In this document: positions 43,274 through 56,000 of the stretch, one piece after another | How positions within the stretch are numbered: the first letter of the stretch is position 1 | Layout of the letters: every line of letters begins with the position of its first letter | Source: Paramoeba atlantica | Lineage: Eukaryota > Protista > Discosea | Length of the DNA stretch: 64,000 bases | Assembly: GCA_977017575.1 (NCBI GenBank) | Contig: CDRNVI010000024.1 | Span: 62,001 to 126,000 of the forward strand | Direction of reading: 5' to 3' | Translations under genes and position numbers: made by a program | The notes under the pieces: generated by a model | Database searches by the model: none | Told to the model about the DNA's origin: nothing | What the model saw: the letters and a program-made list of their open reading frames with translations, nothing else

Positions 43274-44257
43274 CTAAAAATCCTCTGTTAGTCGAAATAT
43301 GTTCATTGTCTTATCAAGAAAGGTTCTTAACCGTGATGGATCGGAATGTTGCATATTACCTACGCATGATCCATCTGAGGTGTTTATTACAACAATCGTA
43401 GGAATTTTAGATACGTCGTAGTGTGTCCTCACGTAAGGATAATGATCATAATGACAATACACGAAATGGGCGTATTCGGTGTACTCCTTCTCTAGGATAG
43501 GAAGGTGGGGCTTCAATACCTTACATGGGGGACACCAGGGAGCGGAAATCACTAGAACATAATAGGGATGTAATTTGAGGCCTGGCGTGATCGGATGAGG
43601 TGCTGTGGAACTGTTATCTTGATCCTTTACTGTCGCATTCGAAAGGGGAACTTGGAAGGGTAATCGTAGTGGTGACGGAATAAATGAAGAAACTTTCACG
43701 TTCTTCCCAGTGTCTTCATTTTTTGTCGAACTGGTAGATGACCACTTGCCTTCAAAATACTTTGCACCGCCACACCATGCCTGAATGCACGGCAAAGGAG
43801 TGCGAATTTTGCAGCACTCAACAACATCTTCCAAGGCGTAACAGTTGATAAAGATAGACTCCACGCGATACTTCGCAGGAAGAACACAAGGTGACGACAC
43901 CCCACCAAGACACGACTGTTCGATAATTCTAATTTTTGGAAACGCAGGCGCAATGCGACGTGTCCAAGGTGCGTTAAAACCGACTAAGTAAATCACGCTT
44001 TCAGATGAGTTGGCAGATGTGAAAGAATCAAAAAGTTTGGCTAAATTTTCCAGAGAAGTAATTCGTCGAACTCCAGAGTAAAAAACATGACATAATTCAA
44101 GTTCCCGAGTAGCTGTTTCAGTTCTTGCTTCTTCTGAATTTTCGGAGTATCCTATCCATCTCGTCGTGTACATAATGTTATCTTGATCTTTTTTCTTGAT
44201 AATTCGTTCGCACGGCTCTTCTGAGCGAAGTCTTTTTCCAGGCTCCGCCTCCATCAT
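43274..44257 (-). CDS. Thioredoxin-domain protein (copy 2)
   Basis: Identical translation to copy 1; WCPPC. Confidence 0.8.
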   Translation of the reverse strand: MMEAEPGKRLRSEEPCERIIKKKDQDNIMYTTRWIGYSENSEEARTETATRELELCHVFYSGVRRITSLENLAKLFDSFTSANSSESVIYLVGFNAPWTRRIAPAFPKIRIIEQSCLGGVSSPCVLPAKYRVESIFINCYALEDVVECCKIRTPLPCIQAWCGGAKYFEGKWSSTSSTKNEDTGKNVKVSSFIPSPLRLPFQVPLSNATVKDQDNSSTAPHPITPGLKLHPYYVLVISAPWCPPCKVLKPHLPILEKEYTEYAHFVYCHYDHYPYVRTHYDVSKIPTIVVINTSDGSCVGNMQHSDPSRLRTFLDKTMNIFRLTEDF

Positions 44258-44468
44258 ACTCTGCAATGATTGCTGAAAATTCTATTCTAATATGATGCAC
44301 TAAAGTAAGAACAAAGCTATTTTCGCAAAAAAAATAGTGCAAAAAGAAAGAATTACTTCACAAACGAAAATTCACACACAAGAAAGTACATTCCTATTAC
44401 GAGGCTAACTGAAAAACCCACTTTAGCTGCAAATGTTTTTGCTTTCCTATTTTTATTTTTTTAGAGGG

Positions 44469-46262
44469 CTAATTCCCGTCCGGTGCAAACATGGATTGAA
44501 GCAACCGCCTGGGATCTCTGGACGAAATAATCACATTCTGCCCGACTGAGGATGCGAGATGGGAACTAGAAGTTTCTACGACTGTATTCTCGGACTGCAG
44601 AGTGATACTATCTTTTTCTGTGTAGCTGGTTGAAGCATCGAGAATTGGTACGTTATCAGTCTGAGGTATATCGGAACGGACACTCTTTTCGATGGGTTCA
44701 ACTTTCTGCCGTTCAGTTAGTCGATCATGTAACATCTGTATAGAGTCGTAAATGTCTTTCGATTCACTATCAAGCGAATTCACAGTAAGAGAAATTTGTT
44801 CCCTATCCAAAGATGCCGGTTTGCTTTCCTGAGTGGAGAAGCTGGACAACATGTCCTGTGTCCACGTAATGAGCCCAGGAATGGTATTGCTCTGAATGTA
44901 TGGGAAGCGATGCAGTATTTGCATCACACTCCGGAGAGTTTCCTTCTGAGCCGAATCCTCGGGAAGTTTGAATGCGGCGCGAGCATCTTCTACGTTGAAG
45001 GAACATGCCAGTTTAGCCCAAGGAATTAGAATTTGTTTGATTATTCCCATTTCTTCCAGCCTTCGATAAACAATTTCATCTTGACAAAGTTCAAACGCTC
45101 GCAGGAGACGAATGCGCAATATATTGTCAGTTGTAGATCGACAAAGCAAGATGAAAGGCTCCAACATTAAAAGCCTAGAGCCAGAAAGTTCAGTCCCGTG
45201 TTCTCCGAGTATAATACGCAACCGGTTGTACTGCTGCATTAGTGAAGGACCATTTCTTGACTTATTCTCATCTCTTACCTCTGAACTTATAGCACTCGGG
45301 TTTGGTTTCTTTTTATCCTTTAAAGTAATTATTCTTTTTGCCACTTCTTTTCTATTTGCTTGTGAGTGATTTGACGTTTTCCTTTTCGGGGATCGAACGA
45401 TTGGTCGCCGCGTTCTTTTATCAGGTACTATTTCCGAGTAAACTACAGTACTCCCGATGGGAACCCTTCGACTCTCATTGCTTTGCATGTACAAATGAAG
45501 CTTCTTCATTCGCTTATCCCTAGATGCGAATTCAACATTGGCAGATTTTTGGTCTTTGCTATATCGAGTACCCCCTTGTAAGTAGTCCCGAACTTTCATC
45601 TGGTAGCAAGAAAGAGAGATGTAAGTTTCCTCGTAGCCCATATATTCCATTAGAAATTTGCAAACATGATATAGCACATCGCGTATTTCTTCGTGATTGC
45701 CACGAACTTGGCGAGCAAGCGAAGCAACACAATCGCATAAAATAGAGAAATCTTCACTAATTTCTCCCGAATTCTTCCATATAAAGCGAGGCTTTTGGGA
45801 TTTTGACCTTGAAAGCTGCATGGCTACATCAGCACGTAGTGTCTCTTCAAACATGTGTAAACCGGACAGAAATTGATCCACAACTACGCTTGCCCCCGAC
45901 CTTATAAGCAAACGGTGGAAGAAATTTGCATTGATCGGACCTTTGAGGTAGTAATCGGTTCCTGATACTGTTTCTTGCTTCACATTCGTTTTCTTACTCA
46001 ATTGAACTTGATCGGACGAAGCAGCGGGAGGTAATTCGAGGGCATCACTAGATGAAAGCACAGCAGAATCCGATATAGTACCTGAGGAATCGGTTGAGAA
46101 TGAGCTAGAGTGCTCCACAGAGTCGCTGTTGTCAGATGAAGCGCAACTTCCCGATGACGTTAAACTTGACGCGCGAGATGCAGATGGTGAAACCGAGGTA
46201 TGCATATCAGAAGATTTTCGTAGATCCAATTTCAGAGATGGTTTGGGCTCCGCGTTATTCAT
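44469..46262 (-). CDS. Hypothetical nuclear protein (copy 2)
   Basis: Identical translation to 32626-34419. Confidence 0.65.
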   Translation of the reverse strand: MNNAEPKPSLKLDLRKSSDMHTSVSPSASRASSLTSSGSCASSDNSDSVEHSSSFSTDSSGTISDSAVLSSSDALELPPAASSDQVQLSKKTNVKQETVSGTDYYLKGPINANFFHRLLIRSGASVVVDQFLSGLHMFEETLRADVAMQLSRSKSQKPRFIWKNSGEISEDFSILCDCVASLARQVRGNHEEIRDVLYHVCKFLMEYMGYEETYISLSCYQMKVRDYLQGGTRYSKDQKSANVEFASRDKRMKKLHLYMQSNESRRVPIGSTVVYSEIVPDKRTRRPIVRSPKRKTSNHSQANRKEVAKRIITLKDKKKPNPSAISSEVRDENKSRNGPSLMQQYNRLRIILGEHGTELSGSRLLMLEPFILLCRSTTDNILRIRLLRAFELCQDEIVYRRLEEMGIIKQILIPWAKLACSFNVEDARAAFKLPEDSAQKETLRSVMQILHRFPYIQSNTIPGLITWTQDMLSSFSTQESKPASLDREQISLTVNSLDSESKDIYDSIQMLHDRLTERQKVEPIEKSVRSDIPQTDNVPILDASTSYTEKDSITLQSENTVVETSSSHLASSVGQNVIISSRDPRRLLQSMFAPDGN

Positions 46263-46559
46263 TACAGAATAGTAACAACATGCATTCAGAGTTATTTGAT
46301 AATTAGAGTTTTTTATATCGATGTATGCATTTCCGTGAATTGATAGGCCGCTACTACCTCACAGTCAAAATTACCCGAAATTGCATTCAATGATAGACCA
46401 AAAGCATTATATTTAGACGTACATTGCACCCTGTATTACGCATTTTGCGTGCCTCATAAAAATTGTACTGGTCAGTAAATAATTAATGGACTGCACAAAA
46501 ATATACAGTATATTAAAAGGAATGGTACAATCGCAATTTTTGATCTGCTAACAAATATA

Positions 46560-47474
46560 TTATGAACGTAAATCGTTGTGAGGCACTGCGAGCCCACCCC
46601 ATTTATGTCTCGCGTTCTTTTGCCGCAAACTTTCCGACACTGTCAAGGTAGACTGAATAGAGCCTGCACCTGGTTCTTTCGCTTTGGGTTGTGAATGGGT
46701 TTCGATATCTGCTGGAACCCATCTGTTTCCCGTGAGTAAATGAGGATCTATTCTGTGCTTCGGAGTAGAGGAATGCTGAGATGGAGTGTACATCTCCTTT
46801 GGGAGATGATTCATTTGTTTGAGACTAATGTTGGGTGACTCCTGTCTGTCCCGTCTAAAAAGCATAATAAAGTAATAGAGAAGTAATGATGCGACCAGAA
46901 CTGTAGGAATAAGCATTGTAACGGCTAAAGCCGTACTCGGTTGATGCTTTCCTCTCGCTTTTGCAACAATGTGAAAGGTAAGATGACAAGGAAAAAGATC
47001 TGAAGAAGCGGAGTCGCTGAGCCAAAAGAGCTGAAACACTCGCGGTGTATCATCCCTTTCACCAAATATAATGGGAGGTTCGTACCTGTCGCCCTGATCA
47101 GGTATAGTAACACACGTTCCCGCCTCATCATGTTGCTGAGTAGCATTGAAAAATTTAGCTTCGGTCTCAGTAAGGTTGCGCGTTTGTTCAACTTGTTGCG
47201 AGCAAAGTATTAGGCGGTGCCCCTCTGTACTTTGAGGCGCATTTACGGGAGAAACGAGTTGCAAACAATATAGGATAAACTGAGATCCATGCCATTTTGC
47301 AACAAGCGACCTTCTTGAAGTTGGCCGTGTGAGGCTGACAGAGCGTTTTACGTAATGCTTCGACCGTGAGAAACAACGAGCATCAGAAGACGAAATATAC
47401 TTTACCCTACTTTCACAACCGAGAAGCGTAAAGAATAATAACACTTTCAGAACAAATAGCGTATGAAGCTTCAT
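46560..47474 (-). CDS. Hypothetical type I membrane protein (copy 2)
   Basis: Identical translation to 34717-35631. Confidence 0.7.
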   Translation of the reverse strand: MKLHTLFVLKVLLFFTLLGCESRVKYISSSDARCFSRSKHYVKRSVSLTRPTSRRSLVAKWHGSQFILYCLQLVSPVNAPQSTEGHRLILCSQQVEQTRNLTETEAKFFNATQQHDEAGTCVTIPDQGDRYEPPIIFGERDDTPRVFQLFWLSDSASSDLFPCHLTFHIVAKARGKHQPSTALAVTMLIPTVLVASLLLYYFIMLFRRDRQESPNISLKQMNHLPKEMYTPSQHSSTPKHRIDPHLLTGNRWVPADIETHSQPKAKEPGAGSIQSTLTVSESLRQKNARHKWGGLAVPHNDLRS

Positions 47475-47889
47475 CGACCACTACTCTGCAAGCTGTGTAA
47501 AACTCGGCCGTGACCTTATGTCGAACAGGCGATTTTAATAGTAGAGAGACGGAATTCCTAAATCAGGATGAATGCATAGAAAGACTATTAAGGAAATACT
47601 TTGTTCGAATAGGCTATTCTGAATATGATTTGAGATACATTCGCACTTTTGTCCTACCAAACAATCTCGGTCTGCCCATATCCGATGAAACAGCCTTAAA
47701 TGTAGTACTATACCCCCCCTCCTGCATACGAGTTCCCCCAATTCTGGTACGCTTATGGGTTCCTTTTTCTAAAATGAATCGTTTTGTACCCACTTTTCGC
47801 GAAGCGAAAAGTTTTCACCACTTAACAAATTTTCATGTAATTCCAAACAACTGTATGTCGGCGTGCTCTACGGGATGGCTCACTAATTG

Positions 47890-49455
47890 CATAGTTTAGG
47901 TTCGACGTCGAATTCTACGCGTTCTACGGCAAAAGAACGATTCTACGTCGAATTCTACGGCCAATGCATGTTCAAGGTCGCTCCAATCGTTCTCTCCAAT
48001 TGGCTGCATGAGATCATAAATTCGCTTAATTTCGTCTTGCGCTTCATCATGAGCCACATGATTAACCGTCAACCGTCATATAACGAAGCTTCGCGACCAA
48101 TTTTATTCCTATTATGGAACTCAATGTCTCGATAAGAATTTCTGCAGTTTCTTTCCCATTAAAGGCTTTGCGTTTTGGATGGTACATTGGAGGCAACAAG
48201 AAGTCACTGCTTCCAACGTACAGTATACCTACTAGTACGTGCTCGCTTAACACTTTATCAATCCCGGCGTCCACAGCAATGCCAAAAAATGCTTCAAGGG
48301 TAATGGCACTGATAATGGTACCCCATATTTCGTCTGCTAGTTCTTTCTCCCACTTCGGTAATATTGTATGATCTTGCGATAAAGTGGAAAGAATCTCACC
48401 CTGCGTGGCGCCTAGTGTGCGCAACTCCTTGTAGGAACATAAAAGCGTGTGTGCTGCTTTGCAAGAAAGGTTCGTTTGCGACACAAGACAAGGGATACAT
48501 CGCTGTACGAAGGTTAGTGTACTCTTCTCAGACCTTTCGACATGGGCGTCTGTTCCCAGGGATTCTTGTGAAACCCCTTCACGAGCAGAGCCAATGTTTT
48601 ATGTGGTGGTAGTAGTGATTGTTGTGCGAGGAGTGCCCTAGCCATGGGCAGTCAATGCATTTCAAGTGGGTGCGTTGTCCCATTGCGTTCACGTGGTAGG
48701 GGCGAGGATGACGTAATTCGTATTCCCGACAGTCTTTGTTTCGATTCTCTTCGTCCTTGTTGCTTCCTGCTGGAGCCGCACATCCCAAACAACGCTCCCT
48801 TAGAAATTTTGCCCGAATACGGGGATACTTTATTGGATCAACGTCTGTTTTTTCTTTTTTACGCGCACTTTCAAGGGGCTGAGCAGGTGATAACCCAATT
48901 TCCGCCTCCAGGGAAGATATCATTGTGCGACGCTGCTGCACTGGTAAGTAAGTGGCCTTGGAGAAAATCTGAGACTGATCGACCCTTTCAGGTTGAGTCA
49001 ATTTGTCAGGTGATACTGTGATGTTTCCGGGAGGAATAAGTGGAGCCCGTGGTTGAGATTTTTTTGGAATGTTCGGAGGGGTGGATCCAGGAGGCAGTGG
49101 TATCCTATTACGTTGAGAACGCATAGAAAAAAAATAGAATCAAGAAACACTGTGGGCACTGTTTTTAATCTAGAAATATTGATGCACAATCAGTTTAATA
49201 TATGATTAAAAATGTGGTATGAACATTTACTAAATGAACTAATTGCAAGAAAATGAACACCTACAAGTTGTAAATTACAACTTGTATTACAGTAATACAA
49301 CAGATACGAACAATTGTATAAAACATTTCCGAAATGTCACTTTATGTTTTCCATACATAAATATATGTTTTGCAACACCAAAATATTGCTCATCTTTTCC
49401 TCTAATTTGAGTTCTAAGTCTCTACGTAGAATTTCGACGTCGAACCCAAACTATG
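47890..49455 (-). mobile_element. hAT-like element with 6-bp TSD (copy 2)
   Basis: Duplicate of 36047-37612. Confidence 0.7.
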
Positions 49456-50002
49456 TAATTGGCTAAAATTTTTAGCGCCAATAGCATTCCAAAGGAGAAT
49501 TTGGCTTCGCGCCGCGGGCCCGATTTTCCGATTTTTTATGGCCGTATTTCTGTTCTGGTACATTTATGAGCTCTCTTAAAGGAGTGGTCGATGGCAACCA
49601 AATTACCGACAAAGGCTTGAAGTTCTGGTCTGTAGGTTTTTTTACTCTACCCCTATTTATTAATGAGTGCTCAATCCCCCTATTTAGTATTGAATTTTGG
49701 GTGCCGTTCGTATAGGCTCCGCGGTGGGGCATCGTTTTTTGAAATACACTGTACTTTGTCGTTTTATTTTCTTCTTGTTCTTATCATTTCTTCTTGTTCA
49801 TGATTTCTAGTGCTTATAGTATAAGCATGAAAAAGATCTTTAAAAAAAGCAATACTTTTTTTACTACACAATACTACCCGGAACAGGGCTTAATATTGTG
49901 TACCACTACTTCTTTTCAAGTGAACTGAGCAGTATTGCGGAGCATCTATTCCACCGTTTTCTTATAAACGCAAAATATTGAATTATTATGGGCAATTTCA
50001 AT

Positions 50003-50632
50003 CTACTGTATCACAACTATTTTCGTGTCCGTAAAAGCCGTATATTTCAAGCCCATTGGCAACGACTGAGAATGTACAGTTCCAGTAAGTTCAGCATTAT
50101 TGCGTAATGCTAGACTTCGTATTATGGATGGCAGATGCTCGAACGTCACGTGACCGCTCAAATAATTTTTAGATAATATCAACGAACATAACGTTGAAGG
50201 AAGGTGGCAAAGATCAACAGTGCCCGTAAAGCGATTGTATGACGCGTTTAGTGAGCGCAGTTTTTCAGGAAGATCTCCAAGATCAATTTCTCCGCTTAGA
50301 TCATTAGCGTATACTGAGAATCGAGTTAAGGATCGCGGTAATAAACTCCACAAGAGCGTACCACGTAATGATTTACTCTCGGCTTCAAACTTTAGAATGT
50401 TACCTTCATCAGAACACTGAACTCCTTGCCACTCACGAGCAGGTGTGGAGGCGTTCCAAGATGGAAGCGGATTCACGATATTTTGTATCATTCGCTCAAG
50501 ATCGTATTCCTGGGGTAGAAGCACACCTCTTACTCTTCCTGCCTTTGTAGCCTTTGTACCTTTACTAGGCGCGTCGGCAAAACCAAGAATGGTACAACCA
50601 CTGTGACAGTATAACGATTGCAAATAGCACAT
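50003..50632 (-). CDS. Leucine-rich repeat protein (copy 2)
   Basis: Identical translation to copy 1. Confidence 0.85.
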   Translation of the reverse strand: MCYLQSLYCHSGCTILGFADAPSKGTKATKAGRVRGVLLPQEYDLERMIQNIVNPLPSWNASTPAREWQGVQCSDEGNILKFEAESKSLRGTLLWSLLPRSLTRFSVYANDLSGEIDLGDLPEKLRSLNASYNRFTGTVDLCHLPSTLCSLILSKNYLSGHVTFEHLPSIIRSLALRNNAELTGTVHSQSLPMGLKYTAFTDTKIVVIQ

Positions 50633-50919
50633 AACTTGTGGAAAAAACAATTTAAAAAGATGCAAATTAGAAACGGTTGGGAAAACCGCTAGATGCCTAC
50701 CCAGGACCCAGGAGGGAGTATGGGCAAACGGTGGAAACACTCTACATTTTTGATCTGTTGAAGGAACTAGGCCAAAAGCTCTTACGGTGTGTTCTGTGAA
50801 CTGGGGGTACTGTAAATCCCCCTGGACTGTAAATCATTATTTTAAATACTGACTAAATACTATTTAATCCTACGTGTAAATTTATACAGGAAAGAAACTC
50901 ACCGCAGAGAAACATTGCA

Positions 50920-51702
50920 TTAGGAGCGCCATGGCTCCTCTGTACTTTTCGCGTAGTAGGCGGCAACCATTCCAATAACAAGACCACTGACACAACCAAA
51001 ACTTGTACCTGTGCTTCCGGAGGCATTGCTACTGTCTGCGTTCCCCGCTTCTCTCCCCTTTTTACTCGATTCTGAGACATTTCCCGTATTAGAGCTCCCC
51101 ATACCACTTTCCACCGCAGCAAACGCCCCTGAGAAAACCGAAGCTACAAAAGTGGAGGCAAAAATAAGCGGACTTACGCGACACACGACCAAATGAAACA
51201 TAACCAGAGTACACATGGATACGACACCTGAAGCCATTGCCCCGGTGGTTACCTTTAATGTAGTCGAAGGTTTTCCTTCGCTCTCTTCAAGGTTTCTAAC
51301 TCCAGCTGTTTCACCAGACTTCTTCATGGGATTTTCTCCGGATGCTTCGCTTTCCTCAACAGCTCGTGCTGAACGTAGTGGTGCGGTGCTGCCACCACGG
51401 TTTAAGGAGGTCATCATGCGCTGTGCCATAGGTGATGCTTTTCTAGGAGGATCCCGGGCTGAACAATAGGCACGATAGGCAGTCGCTATAAAAGTGGGAG
51501 GACAGAAATGGTTGCGTTTCGTTCTAGATTGAATTGAAACGAACGACTTGTCCGAGTAAGAAAATAACCTAGCATGTGTGTTGAAATTGTATTCAAATGG
51601 GGCGGAAGCGTAGTGATACGTTTTCCGAAGGAAGTACTTGGAGAAGTGCGAGGATTGCGGAAGCCTTGTGTGATGCGTAGGTAGCAAACCTACTTTTTTC
51701 AT
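50920..51702 (-). CDS. Hypothetical membrane protein (copy 2)
   Basis: Identical translation to 39077-39859. Confidence 0.55.
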   Translation of the reverse strand: MKKVGLLPTHHTRLPQSSHFSKYFLRKTYHYASAPFEYNFNTHARLFSYSDKSFVSIQSRTKRNHFCPPTFIATAYRAYCSARDPPRKASPMAQRMMTSLNRGGSTAPLRSARAVEESEASGENPMKKSGETAGVRNLEESEGKPSTTLKVTTGAMASGVVSMCTLVMFHLVVCRVSPLIFASTFVASVFSGAFAAVESGMGSSNTGNVSESSKKGREAGNADSSNASGSTGTSFGCVSGLVIGMVAAYYAKSTEEPWRS

Positions 51703-51824
51703 TTTTCTTTGGGAGAGTTTTGTAGGGTTGATATTGTAGTACTGTTTCCTTCATAAGTATTGGTCGGTACACATACAGTGTAGATGTAATCTTAGTCTGA
51801 TACAAATATGTCATACATTAATAC

Positions 51825-53048
51825 GGTGAAACTGAACCAATATTCGCACTTTTCTCAATCTGGCAAAATTTTTACCTGAACGTTTTATCGCTCCTTTCTT
51901 TTATTCTGAATCATGGTTCTGCACATTAATTTTATATAGGCATTGTGTTTTTTGAATCCATTAGTACTTGTTTATTGCTCTTCTCACCTTTTAATGACGT
52001 GCACTGGGTGCGGTGGGTGCCGTTCGAAACTTACGATCAGAAGAATTTCTTCCTGGAGTGAGAATCAATGTCTGGACTGGATGAAAAACCACTCTCTAGT
52101 GGCGCAGAAAGTTATTTGCTACAAGAAAAATCACAGAGCTCCGCACACCATGGCATTAGTCGGGAATAAATGGGTCTGCACCAAGCATTGTAAAGCGAGG
52201 TACGGAGCTATGGGGCCGCTGTTGCCCAGCAAGAGCCAGCGAAGCGCTAAACAGACTCTCCTGTACATCGTTTTGTACTCTAGGGGTGGGCGCCATGCGT
52301 CTTCAGTGGCGGAAATGGAGTTAAGCGAAAAAACGGTGATTAAATTGCGTCAATGGCTGGATTCCCTCATGGCCACAGCGCATATACGCCGACGAGTTCG
52401 ACTGCGATCCAAGGTGACCACAATGCAATGCGATGAAACTTTTTTTTCTGTCCGAAAGAGGGACGGTTGCCATCGAGCAAAACGTGTTCGCCAAGATGGT
52501 AATCAAATTGCTCAGACGATAGCGGTCACAACGAGGGACAACAAATTATCTGAAATTCTCATGGAATCTGTTCCAAATCGAACATCTCAGAGCCTTCTTC
52601 CGAACACCCAGAATCTAGCTTCGGGAAGTCGTACAAAAATTTGGACTGATGGTGCCCGCCATAATTTGTCTCTCCGCGGCATATATAAGTGGGAAAGTGT
52701 AAACCACAAGAGACAGTGGGTTACGAATGAAGGTGTGCACACTAATACTGTGGAGTGCGCGAACTCCATGGTCAAGAAGCGTCTAAAGCGGGACGGCAAT
52801 GTTCTAGGTCGAAAGTTGGAGAAGAGGGGGGATCGAATACAAGCATACGCAGAGGTATGCACCGGAAGTTTGAAGTGCAATGGGGGTGATACACTGCTTC
52901 AAGTCTTACGAAATTTGAAGGAGCACTGCGTATGCCTCCATTTGTAAGAAGTAATCAAGTTTAAGTGGAGAAAAGTTTAAAGTGTAAGCAAAAAGGGACG
53001 TGAAATTTTGAAAATTCATAAATTTGCGAATATTGGTTCAGTTTAACC
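51825..53048 (+). mobile_element. Complete Merlin transposon (copy 2)
   Basis: Same TIRs and ATTAATAC TSD. Confidence 0.93.
51994..52947 (+). CDS. Merlin DDE transposase (copy 2)
   Basis: Identical translation to copy 1. Confidence 0.92.
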   Translation: MTCTGCGGCRSKLTIRRISSWSENQCLDWMKNHSLVAQKVICYKKNHRAPHTMALVGNKWVCTKHCKARYGAMGPLLPSKSQRSAKQTLLYIVLYSRGGRHASSVAEMELSEKTVIKLRQWLDSLMATAHIRRRVRLRSKVTTMQCDETFFSVRKRDGCHRAKRVRQDGNQIAQTIAVTTRDNKLSEILMESVPNRTSQSLLPNTQNLASGSRTKIWTDGARHNLSLRGIYKWESVNHKRQWVTNEGVHTNTVECANSMVKKRLKRDGNVLGRKLEKRGDRIQAYAEVCTGSLKCNGGDTLLQVLRNLKEHCVCLHL

Positions 53049-53072
53049 ATTAATACATATCGTCCAAAAAAT

Positions 53073-56000
53073 CTAAGCTCTCCGCAGACTTTCCCATCTG
53101 AGTATCACGCAGCATGTAATACTGAGCATAAGCAAAGTAAGGAGAACACGAAAATCCAAACTTTGATTGAGCGAATCATAAGCTTGAATTGGATGAATTT
53201 TTGTGTAAAATAAATCTGATCCGACGGAAAAAACATGAGAAACACTTTCCAAGCGATCACCCGAAGATACAATACCCTGGAGGTTCGCAACCAGTTCACT
53301 TTGGGTGAGAACTTGTACAGATGACCAAGGCGTATCTTGCTCAACACCTTCTTTGTGCCTTAAGTCGGAAGACGACTGAAGCCACGTAGAGTCCAGAGAG
53401 ATAACTTGACCGGCTCGTGTGCCCAGTAGTATTTGCTTCGGTGTGATTCCATGCTTCGTTGTTGTCACACCTAAAACGTGAATAATATCAGGTAACTGGA
53501 ACTGCGTAGTGCGAATGACTGGAAACTGCGTCGTGCGTTGATGATTTGTGTCCCAGTTTAGTAAATCAAAGAAATAAGATAAAATGTCTACTTTTGCATC
53601 AACACGAAGTATTTGATTCTGCTCCGATTTGTTGAAATAATCGGACCCCCAGGAGGGTGTAGCCCATTCCGGAAAAAGAAACTCAGAAATCGCAAGTACT
53701 GAGCTCAATCGGCTTCCAAGAACGTAACTATACAATGCATAATGTTCCACTAGAATCAAACTGATGGGTTCCATAGCATCTCTGTGTTGACTATGTCGAA
53801 GTACTGATCCTGTAGTACCATCAATAACAAAGAAATTCAATATTGATGTTTTTGGATTCAGCGATAAGATGCACATTACACTTGCTGCTGATTTTTTATG
53901 AAATACGAATTCTGTGGTCTTTTCTTCTGAATGACGCTCGATTCTCCTTGGTCCACCAGAAGCAACCCGGTACTCACTCCCGTAGCTAAATGGAGAATGG
54001 AGCAATCCCTCGTTCGAATGTACGCTGTATTTTACAATCGTATCCTCCGACGGAAGACAAAATTTCCACACTACATGATCAGAAGCACTGCTCGCATTCA
54101 TCGTATCATACGAACTTGCGAAAATGCTATGATCCTTCATGTAATAGTAAATAACATCGGAGGCAGTTGACTCCAGACCTTTATCTATTTCTTCTGCATT
54201 TTCATGATCACCAGGTTCGATTTTATTCCTCGCACTATAATATTGCACGACAGAGGTTAATTTCATCACAACTGAAGAATATGGTATGGACGCGGGTGCC
54301 TCATCAGGCGTATACTGAAGAATCTTCCTAAGATTACAGGCTTCGAGAAAAATTCCCCGACCTGTTTGAGACGACCCAAGCCACACGCGGGTTTCTTTAC
54401 TATCAATTTCATCGAGATGGAACTCAAAAATCACAATTATATTGAACAATCCAGTATGCTGTGAAACATTAAGAAAATGCCGTACTGAATCAAAACCACG
54501 TTTTACCTCAATTATTCTTGCACTCGTAAGACGCCATAAGTTCTCCACATTTTCAATCAACGACACTCTCCATAAAAAGCTCCCATTTTTCAAGTTCAAA
54601 GCATATAGGGATCCGTATGAGTTCAGAAGAAGAAAAGGCACGACGCTAGAATGAGATAGTAAGCTTGAGTTTGTTACAATTTTTACGACGGGAACCCCAG
54701 ATCCTCCACGTGAAATAAACGGCACACCCAATCCATCGTAGCGCTGCCAAACAGTAGAAGCATGTGCTACAATATCACCTCCGATGTTAGACTCGTATTT
54801 AACGTGCTGTAAACAGAGATCGTTAGAATCAGAAACTATCAAACATAAAATTTCCTTGCTTTCAATCAGGTTAGTGCGTAGTGAAGTGCAATGACCAAGT
54901 CTTGCGCGATTACGTGCAAGGTTAAGTACAACAGGAGTATGGTCCGTTGAAGCGGATAAACTTAAGGTAAAGTCATCAACTAGTACTAGAGAGGAAGTAT
55001 TAGAACCGTGAAGATAATAATCTTCACGACTTTCATTGTCGAAGTCTATCGACGTGAAACTCCTTCTTACTATTTCAGTGGATCCAGTCTCCCAGGCGTA
55101 TACCGCACCATTGGATAATAATATAGAGAGCGATGTGTTGGAAAAGTTTAAGATACGCATAATTCGGAGAGCAACCTTTTCGGAACTAAAATCCGACCTC
55201 ATAATTTCCGCACCCGCTGATGGAAACATTTCAGAATGATGGACCGAAGATGTGTTGTAGCAAAAAAGAAAGGAAGTTTTATCATTTGCTGCCCGTGAAT
55301 CCACATGACACGCGTAAAAACCGTTAACAGAAAGCTCTGATCTACTTAGCAGTGAGTTGGTAGAAGAATTTCCAAATGTGATACCGCTAGATTCCCCTTT
55401 AGCATTAATTATTGATGTAAGGTGAGCGCGACTCATAGGGAGACAACTTGTCAAATCAGTACTTGACTGGCTAGACCAGTCATTCCCGCCATTGATAAGA
55501 CCTTTTAGTGATGTAATTGCGTATCGGCGGAAAAAGGTTGTGTTCGCGTTCTGCGCGATGTCAAAGATAACAGATCTCTCCCACAAAATAAGAGAGCTGT
55601 CTTGTGCACTTCGGCTCGAAAAACAGGAGGCTGTGCCGGCCCCACGCTCGTCACTTCTCTGACAGTCAGACAGGCTGATAGCTTCAATGCCATCTATAAT
55701 CGGATACGAGTTTAAAAGTACTCCGCTATCGGAGTTAAAGATCCAGAGTCGCTTTTGTCTGATTTTCGTGGCACTAGATGTCATACAGCCATATGCAACT
55801 AAGAACTCACCATCAGTAGAAAACAAAACTTGAGAAATGTAAGAATCTGTACTCGTTGTTTTCTGGTCGATTCGGCATGATGCAGCTAGTGAGTGCCTCC
55901 ATTTTAATGTGCCAGACTCTGGTAAAGTTTCCTGTGCTACTGGAGAAGCGAAACTACTTTCCAGAAGTGCTACAGTTCCATCTCGCGTACCTATCGCACT

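Larger units (their letters stand above)
41633..53473 (+). repeat. Tandem segmental duplication, copy 2
   Basis: Starts TGCCAACCCC (=29790), ends GTCACACCTA (=41630). Confidence 0.97.

Noticed and set aside
39982-53048. Two Merlin copies as independent transpositions
   Set aside because: Same TSD and flanks; the second copy comes from the segmental duplication
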